From positions 4,514 through 68,513 of the forward strand of contig CAUZKB010000001.1 in the NCBI GenBank assembly GCA_963580575.1: 64,000 nucleotides of DNA, in the 5' to 3' direction. Under the pieces are notes generated by a model. The model was not told the origin of the DNA and made no database searches. It saw only the letters and a list, made by a program, of their open reading frames with translations. Of the stretch, positions 8,347 through 16,747 are shown in pieces (position 1 is the stretch's first letter; each line of letters opens with the position of its first letter). A program made the position numbers and the translations under genes. Source of the DNA: Bacteroidia bacterium (lineage in GTDB: Bacteria > Bacteroidota > Bacteroidia > Flavobacteriales > Flavobacteriaceae).

Positions 8347-9126
8347 TTAATTTATTCTTCCAAAGAATGTTTTTCTGGATTGCTTAGAAAGTGGAACTCC
8401 TTTTTTTACATTGTAATTAAACGTAATTAATATTCTTTCATCTTCTAAAATTTCTGTAACACGGTGAATGGATTCTTTACCTTTGAAAATCATTAAATCT
8501 CCAACCAGACTTTCGACTTTTTGACCTTTGATTTTGCCATCTAAGATTTCTTCTACTTCTTTATAATTTTCATTACCATTTTTATATCTGCTTTTATTAA
8601 AATATTCGTAATCTCCACCTTTTGAACAATTTTTTACTAAAAGAGTGATAGTGAAATCAGAGTTATCAAAGTGCCATCCAAGACTATCTCCATTATTGTA
8701 ATAGTTTATGTTTATACTTGAAAGTGGATCAGAATAGGGATATAATTTTTTAACTTTTAAAATATTACAAAAAAACTTTTGAACAATATTGGAATCATAT
8801 ATCTTAAATAGATTTGAATTTTTTGAAATTAAATCGTTTGGAATGCATTCTTTTGTGGTTTTCATAATTCTGTTTCTCGCACTGTTTTTTGAAAAATTGG
8901 AATCGTATGGTGAAACATAAACATTATATTCAGAAGAACTTTTATGAGATTTAGGTTTTAATTTAATTGCTTCTTCTACTATTTCTTTAATTCCTTTAGA
9001 GTTTATGAAGGATCTAAAGACTAGAATTCCTTTTTCTTCTAATTCTATAGAATAATTAGTACTTGAATTAAAAAATGTTTGATCATAATTTTTTCCAAGA
9101 ATTGATTTTAATTTATTTTCAGTCAT
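8347..9126 (-). CDS. 2OG-Fe(II) oxygenase superfamily protein
   Basis: 259-aa ORF with an HxD...H facial triad candidate (GWHFDN ... ESIHRV). It has no signal peptide. Its start overlaps the upstream stop by 8 nt. Confidence 0.65.
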   Translation of the reverse strand: MTENKLKSILGKNYDQTFFNSSTNYSIELEEKGILVFRSFINSKGIKEIVEEAIKLKPKSHKSSSEYNVYVSPYDSNFSKNSARNRIMKTTKECIPNDLISKNSNLFKIYDSNIVQKFFCNILKVKKLYPYSDPLSSININYYNNGDSLGWHFDNSDFTITLLVKNCSKGGDYEYFNKSRYKNGNENYKEVEEILDGKIKGQKVESLVGDLMIFKGKESIHRVTEILEDERILITFNYNVKKGVPLSKQSRKTFFGRIN

Positions 9127-10825
9127 TATAGTTTTCTATATATTGGTTTACTCTTCTTTCAAGAATAGGAAGGGTTACTGTTCCTTTTTCAAGTATTAAT
9201 TCATGAAATTCTCTAATGTCAAAATTTTGTTTTAAATTTTCCTCAACTTTTTTTCTTAAAGATCTAATTTTTAATTCACCAATTTTATATGCTAATGCTT
9301 GACCTGGCCAAGAGATATATCTGTCAACTTCAGTATTAATTTCATGAATAGATAAGGCTGTATTTGATTTCATAAAATTAACGGCCTCTTCTCTTGACCA
9401 CCCAAATGCATGAATTCCAGTATCAACGACAAGTCTACATGCTCTCCACATTTCATATGTTAATTTGCCAAAATGTTCATAAGGAGTATTGTATATACCC
9501 ATCTCTTCTGCTAAAAACTCACTATAAAGTCCCCAGCCCTCACCAAAAGCAGATAAATATAAATTTCTTCTAAATTTTGGAATTTTATTTGAAAGTTCAT
9601 TATTAAGAGATCCTTGAAGATGGTGTCCAGGAACTGCCTCATGAGCAGTTAATGCAGGTAGAGAATAAAGTGGCCTGCTTTTTAAATTGTAGGTGTTAAC
9701 CCAATAATAACCAGGTTCTGAACTATTTGCACTTGTTCCAACATATCTCCCAGCAGTATATTTAGGAGCAATGGATTGAGGGACAGGGGCAACTCCATAT
9801 GGTTTTCTAGGTAGAGTTTTAAAATATCTTGGTAATTGTTCATCTAATTTTTTGGAAATATTTCTAGCATTAATTAAAAGATCTTCAGCAGAATTTGAAT
9901 AAAATTTAGGATCTGATCTTAAAAATTTTATAAATGAATCGAAACCTTCTTTATAATTTATCTTATCAATAATGTCTAACATTTTCTTTTTTATCCTTTT
10001 AACTTCATTTAATCCAATATCATGTATTTCTTTTGGTGTGTAGTCAAGAGTAGTATAATATTCGATTCTATTCTTATAATATTCAATTCCATTTGGCGTC
10101 TCAGAGATTCCTATTTCTCTTCTTGTTTTTATAAAATATTCTTCTTCAAAAAATAATTTAACATCTTTAAATGTTGGTATAATCATTTTTTCGACAATAT
10201 TTTTTCCAGCCTTTTTTAATGAATCAATTGTTTCTTGCCCTAGAGATTTCGGTAAATTAAGAAAAGGAGAAAAGTAAAAGTTTTGTTCTGCATTTTCTGT
10301 AATGTGTTGATTATAAGTAGATTCATAGCCTTTAAATATTATTAAAGGTTGCCCCATTCCTGTTTCTAAACCTTTTTTAATAAGATTTTTTTGTTGTTCA
10401 ATGTATTTTGGAATTGCTTTTAAAATTTTAAGATATTCTAAAGCAGATTTTTTATTTGTTAGAGGTCGAACTCTATAGGTGAGACTAGAGTGGAATCCTG
10501 AATCAGATAGTATTGGATTCCAATGTTTTTTAAAATCATAATCTAATTTTTTAAATTTTAAAACGAATTTTAATAGCTCATAAGATATTTTTTCATCCTT
10601 TGATAAATTATTTTCATTAATTCTTTTTAAATCAATCAATAAATTTTGGCAAAAAGAAGCATATTTTTGTATACTTTCTTCACTATAATTTCCTAACGGA
10701 TGCTCTTCTTTTGAATTAGATTTATAATTTTCAAATTGGTTAATAATTTTTTTTAACTGAGAATTTGAATTATTTTGATTACAACTAAAAAAAGTAAGTA
10801 TTATAATTAGCAAAAATTTTTTCAT
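9119..10825 (-). CDS. DUF885-family lipoprotein (metallopeptidase-like)
   Basis: 568-aa ORF with a lipoprotein signal (LTFFSCNQ) and a HEAVPGHH motif, with GEGWGLYSE downstream, typical of DUF885. Confidence 0.7.
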   Translation of the reverse strand: MKKFLLIIILTFFSCNQNNSNSQLKKIINQFENYKSNSKEEHPLGNYSEESIQKYASFCQNLLIDLKRINENNLSKDEKISYELLKFVLKFKKLDYDFKKHWNPILSDSGFHSSLTYRVRPLTNKKSALEYLKILKAIPKYIEQQKNLIKKGLETGMGQPLIIFKGYESTYNQHITENAEQNFYFSPFLNLPKSLGQETIDSLKKAGKNIVEKMIIPTFKDVKLFFEEEYFIKTRREIGISETPNGIEYYKNRIEYYTTLDYTPKEIHDIGLNEVKRIKKKMLDIIDKINYKEGFDSFIKFLRSDPKFYSNSAEDLLINARNISKKLDEQLPRYFKTLPRKPYGVAPVPQSIAPKYTAGRYVGTSANSSEPGYYWVNTYNLKSRPLYSLPALTAHEAVPGHHLQGSLNNELSNKIPKFRRNLYLSAFGEGWGLYSEFLAEEMGIYNTPYEHFGKLTYEMWRACRLVVDTGIHAFGWSREEAVNFMKSNTALSIHEINTEVDRYISWPGQALAYKIGELKIRSLRKKVEENLKQNFDIREFHELILEKGTVTLPILERRVNQYIENYND

Positions 10826-10827
10826 AA

Positions 10828-12438
10828 CTATTTTTTGTACGCTCCTTTACCTTTTATAAATTTTCCAGAAAATTTTCCAGTGTGATTTCCATTTTCAATT
10901 ACTTGTTCTCCATTAACAAAAACGTGATTTATACCTTCTGCGTATTGAAGTGGTTTGTCAAAAGTAGCTTTATCTGATATTTTTAGAGGATCAAAAATAA
11001 CAACATCAGCAAAATATCCTTTTTTTAGAAATCCACGTTTATTAAGACCTAAATTAGTTGCAGGGAAACCACTTAATTTTCTAACGGCTTCTTCCAATGA
11101 AATTAGACCTTTATCTCTAGAAAATTTCCCTAAAACTCTGGCAAAACTTCCAAAGGCCCTAGGATGAGTTCTAAAATCTTTAGTAATATCAGAATATGAA
11201 CCAGCGTCTGAACAAAATGACAACCAAGGTATTTGTATTTTTTTCTTGATATTTTCTTCAGACATGCTAAAGTAAATACACTGAATCCTACTATCATCTT
11301 CTATTATTAAATCTATAATAGCATCTTCAGAAGATTGATTTCTCATTTGAGCAGCTTGTTCAATAGTTTTACCAAGATAAATTTTAGCTATAGAATCTTT
11401 TTTAAAACCAACCATTAATATTCCATTAGGAGGCTGTTGTTCCAACTCTTTTCTAATATCTTTTACTAATTTTCTTCTTTGTTCAGGTTGTTTCATTCTA
11501 TTAATCCATGATCTATGACCTCCTTCTTGAACCCAAGTAGGAATAACTCCCGTAAGACCAGTTGAACTTGCATTATAGGTATACATGTCAGCAGTAATTT
11601 TTAAACCTTTTTCTCTCGCTATTTCAACTCTTTCAATTATACTATCCAGTAGATGCCAATTTGGTTTTCTAGATGCTTTTAAGTGATAAATTTCAGCTGG
11701 GATGTTAGCTTTTTGAGAGATATAAATTAATTCTTCAAGCGCATTTAAAACATTGTGGTCTTCATTTCGCATATGAGAAATATACATTCCTCCAAATTTT
11801 GAAGCAACTTTCGAGAGTTCAACTAGTTCAAATGTATTAGCATAATCACCAGGAGCATAAATTAATGAGGAACCTATTCCCATTGCACCCTCTTTCATTG
11901 CTTTTTCTACGCTTTGTTTCATTTCATCTAATTCTTCTTTTGTCGCATCTCTATTTTCGTAACCTATAGTATTTATTCTTATAGTTGCAGCTCCAATAAA
12001 AGACGCAATATTTGTTGAAACTCCCTTTTTGACAAGAGAATCCATAGAATTAAAAAATGAAATATATGTTTTCTCTCCAGGATTTCCTCTCGGACCAGGT
12101 GAAGTTCCTTCTCCAAACACTTCTAAAGTCACCCCTTGCTTAAGATCACTTAAAGAACGTCCATTTTTTAATAGTGAGTTATAACCCCAACTTAGCATGT
12201 TAATAAATCCAGGAGAGACTGCTTTTCCTTTGGCATCAATTGTTTTTGTCCCCCTTAGGTTTTTAGATTTTCCAACATAAACTATTTTATCACCTTGAAT
12301 TGCAATGCTTCCTTTATATGATTTTTTTCCTGTTCCATCATAGATGGTTCCATTAGTTATAATTATATCAAATAACTCACCTTCAGAGCCGCAATTTAAT
12401 ATTGATAGGGATACAAGGACTAAAAGGTATTTTTTCAA
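10828..12438 (-). CDS. N-acyl-D-amino-acid deacylase (D-aminoacylase) family amidohydrolase, lipoprotein
   Basis: 536-aa ORF with a lipobox (ILNCGS). The amidohydrolase fold segments PGFINMLSW, ISHMRNE and AEIYHLK, and the C-terminal FADVVIFDP, match the D-aminoacylase family. Confidence 0.8.
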   Translation of the reverse strand: MKKYLLVLVSLSILNCGSEGELFDIIITNGTIYDGTGKKSYKGSIAIQGDKIVYVGKSKNLRGTKTIDAKGKAVSPGFINMLSWGYNSLLKNGRSLSDLKQGVTLEVFGEGTSPGPRGNPGEKTYISFFNSMDSLVKKGVSTNIASFIGAATIRINTIGYENRDATKEELDEMKQSVEKAMKEGAMGIGSSLIYAPGDYANTFELVELSKVASKFGGMYISHMRNEDHNVLNALEELIYISQKANIPAEIYHLKASRKPNWHLLDSIIERVEIAREKGLKITADMYTYNASSTGLTGVIPTWVQEGGHRSWINRMKQPEQRRKLVKDIRKELEQQPPNGILMVGFKKDSIAKIYLGKTIEQAAQMRNQSSEDAIIDLIIEDDSRIQCIYFSMSEENIKKKIQIPWLSFCSDAGSYSDITKDFRTHPRAFGSFARVLGKFSRDKGLISLEEAVRKLSGFPATNLGLNKRGFLKKGYFADVVIFDPLKISDKATFDKPLQYAEGINHVFVNGEQVIENGNHTGKFSGKFIKGKGAYKK

Positions 12439-12511
12439 TTTAAAAAATTTTTGAGTTTTAATTTACAAGAAATATTATCTAATAAAAAAGAAATATTAAG
12501 TCAAATGAATT

Positions 12512-13264
12512 TTATCTATCGACTTTAAATTTATCTAATTTAATATCGTCGAGACCATCTTCATCGAATGGATACTCCATTTGATCTTGGATGTTATATA
12601 ATGAAATTAGAATAAATTCACTTAAAATAACAATAAAATAAGTTAACCATTCTGGGTTACCTTCACCTAATTTATTTATTATTGTAGGAGTGTATATTAC
12701 GGGGAAAATATAGATAAAAATTAAACAATAAGCTTTGAGACTGATTGGGGTTCTATGAGTGTGAATAGCAATTAGATTATCTGATGACTCAACAACATCT
12801 TTTGTGAATCTAAATATTTTTTGTTTTGTCCCTCCTGAAATAGATTCTTTATTTTTTATAATAAAATCAATCAATTTTTTTACTTTTTCATCAAAAGCAG
12901 AAGAATCTTCAGAAGAAGTCTCAAGATAAAGAAACAAACCATGGTTTGTTTCTTTAATAATATTCATAACAGCTGATTTTTCCTTTTCAGTTAGATTGGT
13001 ATTCATATTTATCAGATTTTCAACGGTTTTAAGTGATGATCTAAACCTGCTTAAATACTCTAGGGCTTTTTCTCTTCTTCTAAAAGCTCCTCTAATAGTA
13101 AAAACTAAAGGAAAAATTATTGCTATACTTATAAGAGTTAAATCTAGATTGTAAACAATCCTAAATCTATAAGCAATATAAGGGACAACTATAGAAAGAA
13201 ATATAGTAATTAAAGTTCTGTAGTTTATAATTGTTAAATATCTTGCTAAGGAATTACTTGTCAT
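12512..13264 (-). CDS. bestrophin-like (UPF0187) membrane protein
   Basis: 250-aa ORF with TM segments at both ends and a C-terminal YPFDEDGLDDIKLD resembling the bestrophin-family xPFGxDxxDLPL segment. The assignment is tentative. Confidence 0.4.
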   Translation of the reverse strand: MTSNSLARYLTIINYRTLITIFLSIVVPYIAYRFRIVYNLDLTLISIAIIFPLVFTIRGAFRRREKALEYLSRFRSSLKTVENLINMNTNLTEKEKSAVMNIIKETNHGLFLYLETSSEDSSAFDEKVKKLIDFIIKNKESISGGTKQKIFRFTKDVVESSDNLIAIHTHRTPISLKAYCLIFIYIFPVIYTPTIINKLGEGNPEWLTYFIVILSEFILISLYNIQDQMEYPFDEDGLDDIKLDKFKVDR

Positions 13265-13303
13265 TTAATTATTTTATTAAATTTAGGCTAAATTTATATA
13301 ATT

Positions 13304-14323
13304 ATGATAAAACAGACTATATTCTCAATACTTTTTTTGGGTTCTTTGACTTTAAGCGCTCAAATTTCTTTGACTTCAGATAAATTATTTGAAGATAAAT
13401 TTCCTTTAAAGATCAACCTTGGATATTCAAATAAGCAGATGAATAAAAAGACCAATGATTCAACTTTTATAAAAGTTCCAATGGAATTTTTCCATGAGGA
13501 TAAATGGAATACACTTGAAGTTTCTCTTCGGGCAAGAGGAAATTTCAGAAGATCTCAATGTTATTTTCCTCCAATTAAGATGAAAATTAAAAAAGATGTT
13601 ATTGAAAACACTTTGTTTGATGGTAATAAGACTATGAAGTTAGTTATGCCATGTAAGCTGGAGAAAGAAAAAAATGATAATGTATTACAGGAATACATTG
13701 CTTATAAGATGTATGAATTAAGTTCACCTTATCACTTTAAAACTAGATTGGTAGAAATAGATTTTTCTGAACCTAAAGGTAAAAAAGTTAAAAAGTTCCA
13801 GCTTAATGGGTTTTTAATTGAAGATGATAAAAGAGTTGCTAAAAGATTTGAGGGTAAAGTCCTTGAAAGATATATGCATCCAATGGCCATGGATGCTATG
13901 ACATCAGTTCAGAATGCTTTTTTCCAATTTATGATTGGAAATACAGATTTTTCTACTGCATATCAACATAATGGTAAGTTGCTATATATAAATAAGTTAA
14001 TCATCCCGTTGCCTTATGATTTTGATATGACAGGCTGGGTTAACCCTAGTTATCAGGTTGTTAATGAAACATTAAATATTAATTCTGTAAAAGATAGAAA
14101 ATATAGGGGTTTTAAAAGGGATGTTGAAGTCTTTAATAAAGTTAGAGACCAGTTTTTATCAAATAAAAACACTTTGGTTGAACTTTTAAATTCTTATGAA
14201 AAGGATTTTGAGGATCCAAAAGAATTTGCCGAAAGTAAAAAGTTTTTGAATTCATTTTTTGAAGTAATTGAAGATGATAAATCTTTTAAAAAGAAAATTG
14301 TAGACGGAGCAAGAGTTAAGTAA
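13304..14323 (+). CDS. hypothetical secreted protein
   Basis: 339-aa ORF with a signal peptide (LGSLTLSAQ). I did not recognise a family. Confidence 0.5.
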   Translation: MIKQTIFSILFLGSLTLSAQISLTSDKLFEDKFPLKINLGYSNKQMNKKTNDSTFIKVPMEFFHEDKWNTLEVSLRARGNFRRSQCYFPPIKMKIKKDVIENTLFDGNKTMKLVMPCKLEKEKNDNVLQEYIAYKMYELSSPYHFKTRLVEIDFSEPKGKKVKKFQLNGFLIEDDKRVAKRFEGKVLERYMHPMAMDAMTSVQNAFFQFMIGNTDFSTAYQHNGKLLYINKLIIPLPYDFDMTGWVNPSYQVVNETLNINSVKDRKYRGFKRDVEVFNKVRDQFLSNKNTLVELLNSYEKDFEDPKEFAESKKFLNSFFEVIEDDKSFKKKIVDGARVK

Positions 14324-15394
14324 TTATTTTATTATAATATCAGATAATTTTTTGAAAATTTCAGTGTTATCATATATACCACTGAAATTTTCGGAATATG
14401 GACCGTAGCTGAAAACAGGGACCATATCTGCAGAATGACCTGTTGTTAAAAAGCCACCTTTAATATAGCTGTTTTTATTACCCAATCTACCCCCAAGAAC
14501 ATGAAATCCTCCAGTTTCATGATCTGCAGTTACAACCACTAGGGTATTTTCATTATTTTTCGCATAATCTAAAACAGTTTTCAATGTTTTGTCAAATTCA
14601 TTAAATTCTTCTATAAAATAATCTATGTCATTATCATGAGATCCCCAATCAATTTGTGAACCTTCAATCATAAGAAAAAAAGGCTTTGATTGACTAGAAA
14701 GCTTGTCAATTGTGATTTTTGATAGATTTATTAATGAAGGTATTCTACCTTCTGAGAGAGATGGGGGTTGATCATCATAGGTTAAAAACCCAATATTATT
14801 GGAAGTACTTTCTTTATATTCAAGAATATTATTTACAAAATCATAGTCTTGCATTTCACTGATTAAGTTTCTTTCATCCTTTCGACTAATAAAGTATTTT
14901 TCACCTCCCCCAACGAAAAAGTTAATATTTTTAGAACTTAATTGTTTTGCTATTTCTTCGTGATTATTTCTTGACTTTACTTTAGCATAAAATGATGCTG
15001 GAGTAGCATGAGTTATACTTGATGTTACAACTAGACCTGTTGAATAACCAAGCTTTTGACAAATTTCTAAAATACTAGGATGTTTTTTTCCATTAAAATC
15101 TATTCCGATAGTCCCATTATTTGTTTTTACTCCACAAGCAAATGCAGTTCCTGCAGAAGCTGAATCAGTAACTAAATCATCATTTGAATGAGTTTTTGAT
15201 AAACCAATACTTTTAAAATTCTCAAGTTCTGTTTTATTGTTATTTGCGTACATACCTCCAGTAATTTGAGGAAGTCCCATGCCATCACCTATCAATAAAA
15301 TTATATTAATTGGATTATTACTTTGAGAAAATTTTTTACATGAAAAAAATATATAGCATGTAAAAAATAGTATTAAGTATAAAAATTTTCGCAT
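14324..15394 (-). CDS. alkaline phosphatase (PhoA family)
   Basis: 356-aa ORF with a signal/lipobox, the active-site motif VTDSASAGTAF and the metal ligands DGMG, DWGSHDN and TADHETGG. Confidence 0.85.
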   Translation of the reverse strand: MRKFLYLILFFTCYIFFSCKKFSQSNNPINIILLIGDGMGLPQITGGMYANNNKTELENFKSIGLSKTHSNDDLVTDSASAGTAFACGVKTNNGTIGIDFNGKKHPSILEICQKLGYSTGLVVTSSITHATPASFYAKVKSRNNHEEIAKQLSSKNINFFVGGGEKYFISRKDERNLISEMQDYDFVNNILEYKESTSNNIGFLTYDDQPPSLSEGRIPSLINLSKITIDKLSSQSKPFFLMIEGSQIDWGSHDNDIDYFIEEFNEFDKTLKTVLDYAKNNENTLVVVTADHETGGFHVLGGRLGNKNSYIKGGFLTTGHSADMVPVFSYGPYSENFSGIYDNTEIFKKLSDIIIK

Positions 15395-15424
15395 TGTGTT
15401 TTTTTGTAAAATTAAGTTTAATAT

Positions 15425-16663
15425 CTATAAATAATCTATTAGTTTAGAATAAATTTTATTTGTTGCTCCTTTGTTATTGAAAATATATTCTTTATTAATT
15501 TTTCCAATTTTTTTTGATAATTCATTGTCAGAAATTATTTTTTCAAAAACTTTTTCGAATTCATTATTATTTTTAATAGAGGTAATTCCTCCAAGAGATA
15601 TTAAATCTTTAGCTTCAGAAAATTTAGAATAATTTTTTCCTATAATAATGGGTGATCCATGAATTGCAGGTTCTAAAATATTGTGAAGACCATCTTTTCC
15701 CATACCTCCACCAACATAACTAAGATTTGCATATTTATAAATTTTTGAAAGTATTCCAATTGAATTAATAATTAAAACATCCTTTTTAAATTCTTCAGTA
15801 GTTTTTAAAGAGCTATAAAGGGTATATGAATTATTTAATCTTGAAGTTAATAAATTGATTGACTTCAAGTCAATTTTATGTGGAGCGATAATTACTTTTA
15901 CGTTATTTAATCTCTTAATTTTAGATAGAATAACTTCATAGTCTTCTGACCATGTGCTTCCAGCAATAAAACACTTTTTAGAATCAATAAATTTTTCAAT
16001 TTTTGGAAAGACGTTTATTGATTCTATATTCTCAATTACTCTATCCATTCTTATATCTCCTACAAGAGTTACATTTTTAAATTTATTTTTATTTAGAAGC
16101 TTTTGAGAAGATATGTCCTGTACAAAAAAATGATTAATTTCTCTAATTATTTTTAACAACCAATTACTATAGGGTTTAAAGATGAATTGATCTGCGTAAA
16201 GTCTAGTACACAATGAAAAAATTGGTATTTTGTTTTTTGTAATTTGATTTATATAATTTGGCCAAAATTCGTATTTTATAAAAAAAACTATTGTAGGCTT
16301 AACTTTGTTTAAAAAAAATTTCACATTTTTCAAGGTGTCAAAAGGCAGATAACATACTAAGTCAGCAAATTTATAGTTTTTACTAATTTCATAACCCGAA
16401 GGTGAAAAAAAACTAATTATTATTTTTGATTCTGGATGTTTTGATTTGATTTTTTGAATTAAAGGTTTACATTGTTCAAACTCACCTAAAGATGCACAAT
16501 GGAACCATAATCTTTTATCATAAAGGTTTATATTGAAGTTGATTAATTTTTTTAATGTTTTACGATGTCCTACTATTAGAAATTTAATTTTTGATGATAA
16601 AGGACTTATGATTCGCAGAAGAGCAATTGCTAACTCAACTAATAAATTATATATTAATAACAT
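15425..16663 (-). CDS. waaA: 3-deoxy-D-manno-octulosonic acid (Kdo) transferase
   Basis: 412-aa ORF. The WFHCASLGEFEQCKPLI segment and the C-terminal GGMGKDGLHNILEPA are typical of KdtA/WaaA. Confidence 0.85.
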   Translation of the reverse strand: MLLIYNLLVELAIALLRIISPLSSKIKFLIVGHRKTLKKLINFNINLYDKRLWFHCASLGEFEQCKPLIQKIKSKHPESKIIISFFSPSGYEISKNYKFADLVCYLPFDTLKNVKFFLNKVKPTIVFFIKYEFWPNYINQITKNKIPIFSLCTRLYADQFIFKPYSNWLLKIIREINHFFVQDISSQKLLNKNKFKNVTLVGDIRMDRVIENIESINVFPKIEKFIDSKKCFIAGSTWSEDYEVILSKIKRLNNVKVIIAPHKIDLKSINLLTSRLNNSYTLYSSLKTTEEFKKDVLIINSIGILSKIYKYANLSYVGGGMGKDGLHNILEPAIHGSPIIIGKNYSKFSEAKDLISLGGITSIKNNNEFEKVFEKIISDNELSKKIGKINKEYIFNNKGATNKIYSKLIDYL

Positions 16664-16677
16664 TATATAAATTTATT

Positions 16678-16685
16678 CAAAAATA
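16678..16685 (-). promoter_or_regulatory. Bacteroidota-type -7 box (TATTTTTG on the minus strand) for waaA
   Basis: Exact TAnnTTTG match, 14 nt upstream of the ATG at 16663. Confidence 0.4.
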
Positions 16686-16721
16686 GTTTTTTATACCTGA
16701 GATAAAAGTCTAAACCTTTTA

Positions 16722-16729
16722 TAAATTTG
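16722..16729 (+). promoter_or_regulatory. Bacteroidota-type -7 box (TAAATTTG) for the DegT-family gene
   Basis: Exact TAnnTTTG match, 18 nt upstream of the ATG at 16748. It overlaps the TTG at 16727 used by the ORF track, which argues for the ATG start. Confidence 0.4.
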
Positions 16730-16747
16730 CAATCTATAATAATAAAA

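Noticed and set aside
7717-8400. Integrated mobile element at the 3' end of tRNA-Leu, suggested by decayed genes next to a tRNA.
   Set aside because: I saw no integrase, transposase or phage gene and no direct repeat of the tRNA 3' end. The flanking genes are ordinary chromosomal functions.
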